Source: Dendrobates tinctorius | Lineage: Eukaryota | DNA: 64,000 bases | Assembly: GCF_039654945.1 (NCBI RefSeq) | Contig: NW_027361869.1 | Coordinates: 1,240,001-1,304,000, forward strand | Direction of reading: 5' to 3' | Shown here: piece after piece, positions 1 through 10,400 of the stretch | How positions within the stretch are numbered: the stretch's first letter is position 1 | How the letters are laid out: each line of letters begins with the position of its first letter | Notes under the pieces: generated by a model | The model's database searches: none | What the model was told of the DNA's origin: nothing | The model's input: only the letters and a program-made list of their open reading frames with translations | Translations under genes and position numbers: made by a program

Positions 1-2600
1 CACACAGCACCTCCTATATACAGTATGAGCCCCCACACAGCATCTCCTATATACAGTATGAGCCCCCACACAGCACCTCCTATATACAGTATGAGCCCCC
101 ACACAGCACCTCCTATATACAGTATGAGCCCCCACACAGCACCTCCTATATACAGTATGAGCCCCCACACAGCATCTCCTATATACAGTATGAGCCCCCA
201 CACAGCACCTCCTATATACTGTATGAGCCCCCACACAGCACCTCCTATATACAGTATGAGCCCCCACACAGCATCTCCTATATACAGTATGAGCCCCCAC
301 ACAGCACTCCCTATATACAGTATGAGCCTCCACACAGCATCTCCTATATACAGTATGAGCCTCCACACAGCACTCCCTATATACAGTATAAGCCTCCTAC
401 AGCACTCCCTATATACAGTATGAGCCCCCACACAGCACCCCCTATATACAGTATGAGCCCCCACACAGCACCCCCTATATACAGTATGAGCCCCACACAG
501 CACCTCCTATATACAGTATGAGCCCCCACACAGCACTCCCTATATACAGTATGAGCCCCCACACAGCACTCCCTATATACAGTATGAGTCCTCACACAGT
601 GCCTCCTATATACAGTATGAGCCCCCACACAGCACTCCCTATATAAAGTATGAGCCCCCACACAGCACCTCCTATATACAGTATGAGCCCCCACACACAG
701 CACTCCCTATATACAGTATGAGCCCCCACACAGCACCTCCTATATACAGTATGAGCCCCCACACACAGCACCTCCTATATACAGTATGAGCCCCCACACA
801 GAACTCCCTATATACAGTATGAGCCCCCACACAGCACTCCCTATATACAGTATGAGCCCCCACACAGCACCCCCTATATACAGTATGAGCTCCCACACAG
901 CACCCCCTATATACAGTATGAGCCCCACACAGCACCTCCTATATACTGTATGAGCCCCCACACAGCACCTCCTATATACAGTATGAGCCCCCACACAGCA
1001 TCTCCTATATACAGTATGAGCCCCCACACAGCACTCCCTATATACAGTATGAGCCTCCACACAGCATCTCCTATATACAGTATGAGCCTCCACACAGCAC
1101 TCCCTATATACAGTATAAGCCTCCTACAGCACTCCCTATATACAGTATGAGCCCCCACACAGCACCCCCTATATACAGTATGAGCCCCCACACAGCACCC
1201 CCTATATACAGTATGAGCCCCACACAGCACCTCCTATATACAGTATGAGCCCCCACACAGCACTCCCTATATACAGTATGAGCCCCCACACAGCACTCCC
1301 TATATACAGTATGAGTCCTCACACAGTGCCTCCTATATACAGTATGAGCCCCCACACAGCACTCCCTATATAAAGTATGAGCCCCCACACAGCACCTCCT
1401 ATATACAGTATGAGCCCCCACACACAGCACTCCCTATATACAGTATGAGCCCCCACACAGCACCTCCTATATACAGTATGAGCCCCCACACACAGCACCT
1501 CCTATATACAGTATGAGCCCCCACACAGAACTCCCTATATACAGTATGAGCCCCCACACAGCACTCCCTATATACAGTATGAGCCCCCACACAGCACCCC
1601 CTATATACAGTATGAGCTCCCACACAGCACCCCCTATATACAGTATGAGCCCCACACAGCACCTCCTATATACAGTATGAGCCCCCACACAGCACTCCCT
1701 ATATACAGTATGAGCCCCCACACAGCACTCCCTATATACAGTATGAGTCCTCACACAGCGCCTCCTATATACAGTATGAGCCCCCACACAGCACTCCCTA
1801 TATACAGTATGAGCCCCCACACAGCACTTCCTATATACAGTATGAGCCCCCACACAGCACTCCCTATATAAAGTATGAGCCCCCACACAGCACCTCCTAT
1901 ATACAGTGTGAGCCCCCACACACAGCACTCCCTATATACAGTATGAGCCCCCACACAGCACCTCCTATATACAGTATGAACCCCCACACAGAACCTCCTA
2001 TATACAGTATGAGCCCCCACACACAGCACTCCCTATATACAGTATGAGCCCCCACACACAGCACCTCCTATATACAGTATGAGCCCCCACACAGCACTCC
2101 CTATATACAGTATGAGCCCCACACACAGCATCTCCTATATACAGTATGAACCCCCACACAGAACCTCCTATATACAGTATGAGCCCCCACACAGCACTCC
2201 CTATATACAGTATGAGCCCCCACACAGCACTCCCTATATATAGTATGAGCCCCACACACAGCACTCCCTATATACAGTATGAACCCCCACACAGAACCTC
2301 CTATATACAGTATGAGCCCCCACACACAGCACTCCCTATATACAGTATGAGCCCCCACACAGCACCTCCTATATACAGTATGAGCCCCCACACAGCACTC
2401 CCTATATACAGTATGAGCCCCCACACAGAACTCCCTATATACAGTATGAGCCCCCACACAGCACTCACTATATACAGTATGAGCCCCACACACAGCACTC
2501 CCTATATACAGTATGAGCCCCCACACAGAACTCCCTATATACAGTATGAGCCCCCACACAGCACTCACTATATACAGTATGAGCCCCCACACAGCACCCG
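1..2600. repeat. 33-bp minisatellite (CACACAGCACCTCCTATATACAGTATGAGCCCC)n with a 727-bp higher-order duplication; runs off the window start
   Basis: Tandem unit directly visible. Variant units recur at +727 (e.g. TATAAGCCTCCTACAGC near 387 and 1114), and the ORF-track peptides 377..703 and 1104..1430 are identical. Confidence 0.97.
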
Positions 2601-2940
2601 CTATGTAATCACATAAATAAAGGAAACAGAAATGCCATAATTGCAGCTTTACAGTCACTGCGCTTCCACCTCCCCCCCCCGAAAAAAAATGCTACAAAAA
2701 GCAATCAAAATCTCCCAAAAATAGTATCAATCAAAAATACGGCTCGACACAAAAAAAGCTCCTTCGACAGAAAAATAAAAATAACTACTGATCTCAGAAA
2801 ATGAAGACAAATCATATTTTTTCTCTACAGGAAAGATGTATATCTTTGTACTGTGTTAGCCAGTAGATAGAAAAATATTCAGAATTGAGAGTCCTCAGTG
2901 GTTGTTACCTTTTAATGGCTTACTGAAAAGATGGTAACAC

Positions 2941-2982
2941 ATTGCAAGCTTTCGAGACTACTCAGGTCACTTCATCAGGCAT
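2941..2982 (-). ncRNA. Minimal hammerhead ribozyme motif in the inverted Penelope terminal repeat
   Basis: Minus strand reads TGC-CTGATGA-A-GTGAC-CTGAGTA-GTCTC-GAAA-GCTT-GCA, with one mismatch in stem II. Confidence 0.7.
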
Positions 2983-3236
2983 AGACTAATACAAAATCTG
3001 AAGAGTCACATATTTATACACAACACAGCACAGAAAAAATGCAATAGATGAGACAAGTGACGTGAAGCAGAATTATGATTATGGGAGAGGGAAAAACATA
3101 AATATTGGACCAGTTCATAGATAAGAAGTCCGGATGTTTTATTGTCCTCTGATTGGGGTCTCCTAATGTGTTGTGATTCCCCCACGAGGTCTTAGGAGCA
3201 AATTCCTTAATTGATGTAAATACAAAACCTGACAAC

Positions 3237-5462
3237 TTGGACAACCACTCCATTCCAGACACAAAAGCATCTAACTGTGTCATCAATCTCTCGGATTATA
3301 AACCCAACAAAGTGGAACTGGCCGTGCTTTCTAGAGGACTCTCATTTTGTCCCACTAAGGCCCTAGATAAAACTGAACTCTGCAGTGATATGGAACATTA
3401 TTTCAGAAGACTGCGCCTGAGGGAATATTTCAATGATACAGAAGATTCAGAAAACACTCAGACCGAAGGAAAAGGGTTCCTAACAACTAGGAAAAGGTCA
3501 GACTGGACACCTCCACCTGGACGCAACCCTCATTTGGATAAATATATAGACTCCTTCAGACATTTGATAAAATCCACAATCATAGACACTAACAGGAGAC
3601 AGGCATCCAACATCAGTGCCCAGGAGAGAAAGGCCATACGGTCTTTAAAAACCAACAAAGAAATCATCATTAAACCTGCTGACAAGGGAGGTGCAATAGT
3701 CATGATGAATACGTCAGACTACATGAAGGAAGCAAACAGAGAACTTATGGACACATGCTACTATAGAAAATTGGAGTCGGATCCTACACAGTACTATTAC
3801 AAGGAACTAAACAAGTTGGTATCTTGTTTGCCTGACCAGTCCATAAGAGGCAATGACCTGATACAAGAGAGTCGAAGAATAGTTACATTCTACATGCTTC
3901 CCAAAATCCACAAATCTGGAAATCCTGGAAGACCAATTATTTCATGTGTGGGCACCCTCACTGAGCAGGTATCTGGATGGGTAGAGGGTATTCTTAAACC
4001 ACTGGTGAAGGATACACCTAGCTACATTCAGGACACAACTGACCTATTGAATAAACTAGCAGCAATAGGTCCTCTACCAGAAGGAACCATCCTGGCCACC
4101 ATGGATGTGGAATCTTTATACTCTAATATCCCACACCAAGATGGATTAAATGCCTGCAAATTCTTCATGGAAAACACAGGGACTGATGCTGATGCTGTGG
4201 TGAAACTTATAAAATTCATCCTCACCCACAATTACTTTGAATTTGACAACAAGATCTATCTACAGGAGACTGGCACAGCTATGGGAAGTAAAATGGCTCC
4301 ACAGTATGCAAATCTTTTCATGGCCAAGCTTGAAAGCGACTTTTTGTCCTCATGCCCCATCAGGCCCCTAGCCTACTACCGCTTCATTCATGATATTTTA
4401 ATCATCTGGACGGAGTCTGAGCAACAGCTAAAGATGTTCCACGAACAGTTTAATCAATTTCATCCCACCATCACTTTAACACTCAACTACTCCAGCACTG
4501 AGATTAACTTTTTGGACACCATCATTAAGCTAAAAAGCAATGAAATAGAGACATCCCTGTATCAGAAGCCAATCAACTGTCCAACATACCTTAAATGGGA
4601 CAGTTTCCATCCAAAACACATAAAGAACTCTATTATCTATAGCCAAGCCACCAGATACAATCGTATATGTTCCAACCCCATGGATAGAGACAAACACATT
4701 GGTCTCCTCAAAAAGACCTTTTTGAATCAGGGCTACCATCCAAGAACAATTGAAAACCAAATTACACGAGCCACCAGATTGTCAAGGAATCACCTGCTAC
4801 ATTACAAAGCTAAAGAAGAAAATAACCGGGTGCCTCTAGTAGTCACTTACAACCCAAATCTGGAGGTGCTAAGGGGAGCTGCATGGAAATTACAACCTTT
4901 ACTACAAAAAGATGCCCGATTACAATCCATATTTCCAGACCCCCCTCTGCTGTGTTTTAGGCAGCCCCCAAATCTAAGAAGCATCATTGTCAGAAGCTCC
5001 CTGTCCTCTCCTACAGCTGCAGGAACCTTTCCTTGCAACCAGAAAAAATGTAAAACCTGTCCATCTATAATGACCACGGACAAGATAAAAATCCCCAATT
5101 CACATCAGGACTACAAGATCCCAGGTACTTTCAGCTGCATCACATCTAATGGGGTGTACTTAATTATTTGTACTAAATGTCCTACAGGGGGTCTGTATGT
5201 GGGGGAGACCGGGCAAAAGCTTAGAACAAGGATGAATGCTCATCGTCACACAATAAGAGAAAAAAGAATGGATCTACCTGTGGCAAAACATTTTTGTATG
5301 ACGGACCATGACATCAGGGATATGAAATTACTGGTATTGAAAGGTAACTTCACATCTCAGAGAGAGAGAAGAGTCTGTGAGTATAAATTTATGACGACCT
5401 TTGACACTCTCAATGCTGGAATGAATGTGTCGCATGGATTTATGTCTTTTTACATCAATTAA
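3237..5462 (+). CDS. Penelope-like reverse transcriptase / GIY-YIG endonuclease ORF (no ATG start, catalytic motif mutated)
   Basis: Motifs IIKPADKGG, LPKIHK, GRPIIS, MDVESLYSNI, GTAMGS, RFIHD (expected xIDD), a CxxxxCxxC linker and GVY...YVGET of GIY-YIG. Confidence 0.88.
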   Translation: MDNHSIPDTKASNCVINLSDYKPNKVELAVLSRGLSFCPTKALDKTELCSDMEHYFRRLRLREYFNDTEDSENTQTEGKGFLTTRKRSDWTPPPGRNPHLDKYIDSFRHLIKSTIIDTNRRQASNISAQERKAIRSLKTNKEIIIKPADKGGAIVMMNTSDYMKEANRELMDTCYYRKLESDPTQYYYKELNKLVSCLPDQSIRGNDLIQESRRIVTFYMLPKIHKSGNPGRPIISCVGTLTEQVSGWVEGILKPLVKDTPSYIQDTTDLLNKLAAIGPLPEGTILATMDVESLYSNIPHQDGLNACKFFMENTGTDADAVVKLIKFILTHNYFEFDNKIYLQETGTAMGSKMAPQYANLFMAKLESDFLSSCPIRPLAYYRFIHDILIIWTESEQQLKMFHEQFNQFHPTITLTLNYSSTEINFLDTIIKLKSNEIETSLYQKPINCPTYLKWDSFHPKHIKNSIIYSQATRYNRICSNPMDRDKHIGLLKKTFLNQGYHPRTIENQITRATRLSRNHLLHYKAKEENNRVPLVVTYNPNLEVLRGAAWKLQPLLQKDARLQSIFPDPPLLCFRQPPNLRSIIVRSSLSSPTAAGTFPCNQKKCKTCPSIMTTDKIKIPNSHQDYKIPGTFSCITSNGVYLIICTKCPTGGLYVGETGQKLRTRMNAHRHTIREKRMDLPVAKHFCMTDHDIRDMKLLVLKGNFTSQRERRVCEYKFMTTFDTLNAGMNVSHGFMSFYIN

Positions 5463-5688
5463 GGAATTTGCTCCTAAGATCTTGTGGGGGCATCACAACA
5501 CACTAGGAGACCCCAATCAGAGGACAATAAAACATCCGGACTCCTTATCTATGAACTGGAGCAATATTTATGCTTCTCCCTCTCCCATAATCATAGCTCT
5601 GCTTCACGTCACTTGTCTCATCTATTGCATTTTTTTCTGTGCTGTATTGTGAATAAATATGTGATTCTTCAGATGTTGTATTAGTCAA

Positions 5689-5727
5689 TGCCTGATGAAG
5701 AGACCTGAGTAGTCTCGAAAGCTTGCA
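5689..5727 (+). ncRNA. Minimal hammerhead ribozyme motif in the Penelope 3' repeat
   Basis: TGC / CTGATGA / A / GAGAC-CTGAGTA-GTCTC (5-bp stem II) / GAAA / GCTT (palindromic AAGCTT stem III) / GCA. Confidence 0.78.
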
Positions 5728-6178
5728 ATGTATTACCATCTTTTCAGTTAGCCATTAAAAGGGATCAACCACTGAGGACTCTCAATTCTGAATATTTTTT
5801 CTCAACAAACTTCTGATTTTTTTTCGTTAACCTTTAAAATAATAATAAAAAAAGCTGTTCCAAATTTGGTATCTTTGAATCCTGTCACCAGGTTACTTTT
5901 TTTCCTTCACTGAATGAAGTAAAAAACGAAACCCCCAAAACACAATGGAGGAATTACATTCTTTTTCACCATTTCATCCCATTTAGCATTTTTGTTCTCA
6001 TTTTCCAGTATATCTCATGGTAAAATGAATGGTGTCATTGAAAACTACAACTTGTCCTGAGAAAATAGACCAAAAGAAACGCTCCATGTTAAATTTTGGC
6101 TTTTGGAGGGGAGGTGGGAAGGAACAAAAAAAGGAAAGTGCAAAAATGAAAAAAAATGTTCAGTCCTGAAAAGGTTAA

Positions 6179-6629
6179 AGGGGTGGTCCGGCCTTAGGCT
6201 TCAAGTCTGCACTGACTTTATGTGACTACAGACTTGTAAATACTCGCATGCTATGAGGATCCTGTAGCGCTGTGAGTAGACGGTCATGTGAGCGCAAGTA
6301 TGTGAAAGCATACTTCCAGCCACATTACGACTAGACGTGTCCGCTCTCTCCATACTCTTGCATAGGGCTCATACTCACTTGTGAGAGACTTGCACGATTC
6401 TCGGGCGAGTCTCTCGCATGAAAACCTGGCACTGCCGCCGGCACTGGGACCGGAGCGTGCGGATACATGTATTTCTATGCAGCCGCACGATCCGGTCCCA
6501 GATACGTCTAGTCGGCATGTGATTACGTGTATGCAAATCAAATTCTTGGGGTCACGTGCCTGCCGCTGGAGAATCCCGACCGCCATGCTGAGTGACTGCA
6601 GACTTCTACCCTAAGGCTGGACAACCCCT
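6179..6629. mobile_element. TTAA-target palindromic MITE (T2/Kolobok-type)
   Basis: TTAA|AGGGGTGGTCCGGCCTTAGG ... CCTAAGGCTGGACAACCCCT|TTAG, plus internal inverted repeats (AAGTCTGCA/TGCAGACTT, ACTAGACGT/ACGTCTAGT). Confidence 0.8.
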
Positions 6630-6979
6630 TTAGTACATTACTATATAATACGATTTTTGGGGCGAAATCAGCTCTAAAATTCCAGATTGTCAAGCAGGAC
6701 TTTGGAAAAGCTGGGTGACCACCGCTGAGGGTCCATATTGTCCACCACCCAGCTTTCCCAGACACTGATAGAACACTATAATGTTTGAACAGCAGTTTTT
6801 TGTTTTACAATTGGATAAAAGAGGACACAGCCTGGATGTATATTCACTTTAACTGAGATTCTGAAGAATTAAAATCTATAATCTGATCTGAAACCTAATC
6901 GTTGTATAAATCAAAGCACAGAGCCTGCTCTCGTAGTGTACGCTTTAAATAAAGTTGTCTTTGAATTGAAAAAAAAAAA

Positions 6980-7163
6980 AAAGCCGTCTATCCAAGGCCT
7001 GGCCGAACCGAGGCTTGGTTGTAACCACGCCCATCCGCAGCTACGGAAGCCGAGAGAGAGACGGATTGAGACTTTTCGGCGCCCGTGGTTCCTGTAAAGC
7101 GAAGGAAGCGGTAGTTGGAAGAGCGAGGTCAGAGGCGAGAGTTGACTGAAGGCAGCAGGGCAG
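6980..7163 (+). promoter_or_regulatory. CpG-rich promoter / non-coding first exon of ints15
   Basis: Local CpG enrichment and GGAAG (ETS-like) motifs. Candidate donor CAG|GTCAAT at 7163/7164, upstream of the acceptor at 7434. Confidence 0.5.
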
Positions 7164-7441
7164 GTCAATAATACAGATATATGTGTGTGCCGAGGGGGGC
7201 GCCATAGCTCCAGCTGACAGCAGCCATGTAGTGCACCAGCTGCAGTTTCAGTACCTCTGCTTGCTGGCAGTAATATGTGATGTCACAGTGTTCAGTATTA
7301 TTGATATAAGAGGGGACACATAGGTAGTTGTGAGCTACAACTATTATTGTGCTGCCTGATGGGGTATGCTGGGACTTGTAGTACTGTAGCTGATGCACGT
7401 GTTAATGGCTAAAGTATCTGTTTTCTTCCCACAGGAGCGCG

Positions 7442-10400
7442 ATGAGCGACATCCGCCATTCTCTCCTGCGGCGGGATGCCCTTAGCGCAGCCAAGGAGGT
7501 CCTTTACCACCTGGATATCTATTTTAGCAGCCAGCTCCAGAGCGCCCCCGTGCCCATGGTGGAGAAGGGACCCATCGATTTACTTGAAGAGTTCATCTTC
7601 CAAGTTCCCAAGGATCGAGGATCCCACAAGGTTTCTGTCTGCTCGTTACATTGTGTCACTCTGCAGGAAGTTCGGGTTCTGTGCCCCTGATGTCTGGGAA
7701 TCCGCCCATCAGTGGGAATAGTGTCATCAAGGTTATATTAGGGAAATGATCACAGTAGTTGGGTTTTGCAGAAATTCCTGCTGCTCGTAACTCTTTGTGT
7801 AGTCCGCACCTGGTTTCCTCAAACCTCATTCAGATGAAAGGCAAAGTGGCAAAAATCTCTGCAGCCTATTTTGCTTCCAGCTTTGCTCTTGTCTGTCTTC
7901 TGCTATTGCAGATCTCTTCCATTAAAGGGGTGTCCTGTGAACAAAGTACATCTTAGAAGAATAATAAGTTTCCCAATTGGATGTGTTAAAAAATGTTCCT
8001 GTGCTGGGATAATCTTATAAATGTGCCCCTGCTGTGTACTGTGTAATGGCTGTGTCTGACCGTACAGGTACACGGTCTGATCATACACGCAGCTCCTGGT
8101 CAGGGGAGGAAGCATAAGCCACTTAAGATAAGGGAGCATACAGATGACACTGTACAAGCTCACAGTTGCTTCTTACTGTGAGGTAACACATTTGCCTGCC
8201 TGTTTTATCACAGGAGTGTTTCTGCTGAGTCTCCAGCCTTCTGAGCTAATCGTATATCAAGTCAATGACTTACAAGCTCCGATGGCCACTGGTCTGATCA
8301 CTTCACAGCTCCTGGCCATGTTTTATTTTTTTAATATATATTATAATTTTATTTCCAAACAGTAAGCACTAAGTTATTTCCTATTCATAAGGTAGTAAAA
8401 TTAAAGGGGTATGTTAAGAACGTGAGGGTATAGTAAGGGGTGCCAATTAAAAAAAAAAAAAAGAAGAAAAAAAAAGTAGATGAAGGAATATAATCCAAAA
8501 ATAGCTTGTTTTGGGGCTAAACTTTCCACACCAATCACTGTTTAGTGTGTGTGATTTTTTTATTTTTTTTTTTAAACAAAGGGGCCGGAGTGCCCCAAAT
8601 TGTGTTGGTTTATTCAGGTGGCAGAAAGAAAGGTGTTTCAGGGGCGAATTGACCCCTACATCAGGAACGCATACCAAATATTGATTGGTGTGCTTGCATA
8701 CAGGGACCAGTTTGCCCCCGTAATAAGATGTTTTTTGCCACCTGAAAAACATAACGCGTTTTAGGGGCTCTCCGGCCACTTCATCTGAAAAGCACACCAA
8801 GCATTAATTAGTCCACTTGCTTGATAAACGAGACAGGTAAGCCCTGAAGCCAGTTGTTTTCTCCCACCCAAATAAGCTATTTTTGATTTATATTCCTTCA
8901 TCTACTTTCTTCATCTGCCCCCCTTACCATACCCTCATTTTTAATCTACTGCTTACGTTTTACTATGGCAGAACCCACATGGGCTATCCTAGAGGGAGAG
9001 GTGGCTGCCAATTATCGCTTTGGTTTTTGAAAGGATTTGATAACTTTTTTTTAGAGAGAGTTTTCTCTTATGTTGTTGCAACATTATCGAAATGAGCATT
9101 GTTTCTCTATGAAGCACTTTTTTCTACTGATCGCTGGGTGTCCGACCACTGAGACCTCTAGTGATTCGGAGAAAAGTGTTCTCATCTTGAATGGAGCAGT
9201 GGTGCACATTTTTTTACCTTTGCTCCATTCATTTTCTGTTGGACGTGGCCCAGTGACATGTTCAGTTTTTCCCCAACGATCAGTAAAGCTTCCCCTATTA
9301 TACGGATAGGGAATAATTTGTTAATTTGCACGCTGTGAAAATCTTGCAAGTAAAGCTCCTTTCCATCATTATTAGGCACCAAACCACCTCGTCTCCTCAC
9401 TGACAGGTAGCTCAGTCAGTAAGTGTCCCAAAAATAGTGTAATCTGGGGATAGACAACTAAAGTACCAGGACCCATTTGGAATATTTGATAGTGGCCAGT
9501 TCCCCACCGCCCATATTACTGTTCTATATTGTGCATAAAGGAAATGTATGGACCCTCATAAGTGATACGTAATTTTGATCCGATTTTTCTCCTTTCAGCG
9601 ATTGACGGCCACGCAAGAGCTGCAGCTGCTGGAGATTCTTTGCAACTACTTCCAAGACCAAACCAAGGAGGCCGTCCGCCAGGTCATCTTCTCCTCGCTA
9701 TTCAGCCCACAGGGAAATAAGGCAGATGAGCAGCGTATGGTGCTCCTGGGGAAGCTGACTTCCATGGCTGTGGCGATATGCAGGTTGCCAGTGCTGGAAT
9801 GTGCTGCATCGTGGCTCCAGGTACAAAGTCATTTGCGATCAAATGCTCACTGTGTTTAACCTCTATTGCTGTCAGTGAATACAGAATCCTATTTTTTACT
9901 TTGCATGTTGTCTTACACTTCTGTTGTGTCCTCTGATGCAGCGCACTCCTGCCGTGTACTGTGTACGTTTGGCCAAGGCCCTGGTTGGTGACTACTGCGG
10001 CTTAGTTCCTGGCTCTGTGCAGACCCTGAAGCAAATCTTTAATGTGAGCCCACGCTTTTGCTGCCAGTTCATCACTTCGGTTGCAGCATTGTATGATATG
10101 TCCTCAGGTAAGAGATTGTATCCTATATGGGTGAAGGCATCATAGATGAACTTTTGCTAAAACAATTTTTTCTTTTCCCCAGAAGAACTGATTCCTCCTC
10201 ATGACCTCCTGGAAATGATCGTTTCTTGGATTTTTGAGGATCCCCGTCTCATTTTGATCACTTTCCTTAACACTCCTATTACGGCCAACTTGCCTATTGG
10301 TTACTTGGACTTCTCCCCATTGATGGGTCTGGTGAGGTGGTGTGTGATAGCCCCTCTGGCTTACAGACGCAAACAAAAGGCCGCTGGTGGTGGTCCTATT

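Larger units (their letters stand above)
2868..5802 (+). mobile_element. Penelope-like retroelement (Neptune-type), 5'-truncated, with an inverted copy of its 3' end at the 5' side
   Basis: RT-GIY-YIG ORF 3237..5462. 2868-3220 is the reverse complement of 5449-5802 (about 23 differences in 350 bp by hand count). Both arms hold a hammerhead motif. Confidence 0.93.
2601..6174. mobile_element. Decayed non-autonomous DNA-transposon body adjoining the minisatellite and interrupted by the Penelope element; ends at ...GAAAAGG|TTAA
   Basis: A-rich sequence at 2601-2830 resumes after 5802 and ends in AAGG-TTAA (6171-6178), resembling frog TTAA-target elements. The other end is outside the window. Confidence 0.4.

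Noticed and set aside
1-2658. Many repetitive ORFs (MSPHTAPPIYS..., VGAHTVYRECC...)
   Set aside because: They are translations of a stop-poor 33-bp minisatellite in several frames, with no splice or domain evidence.
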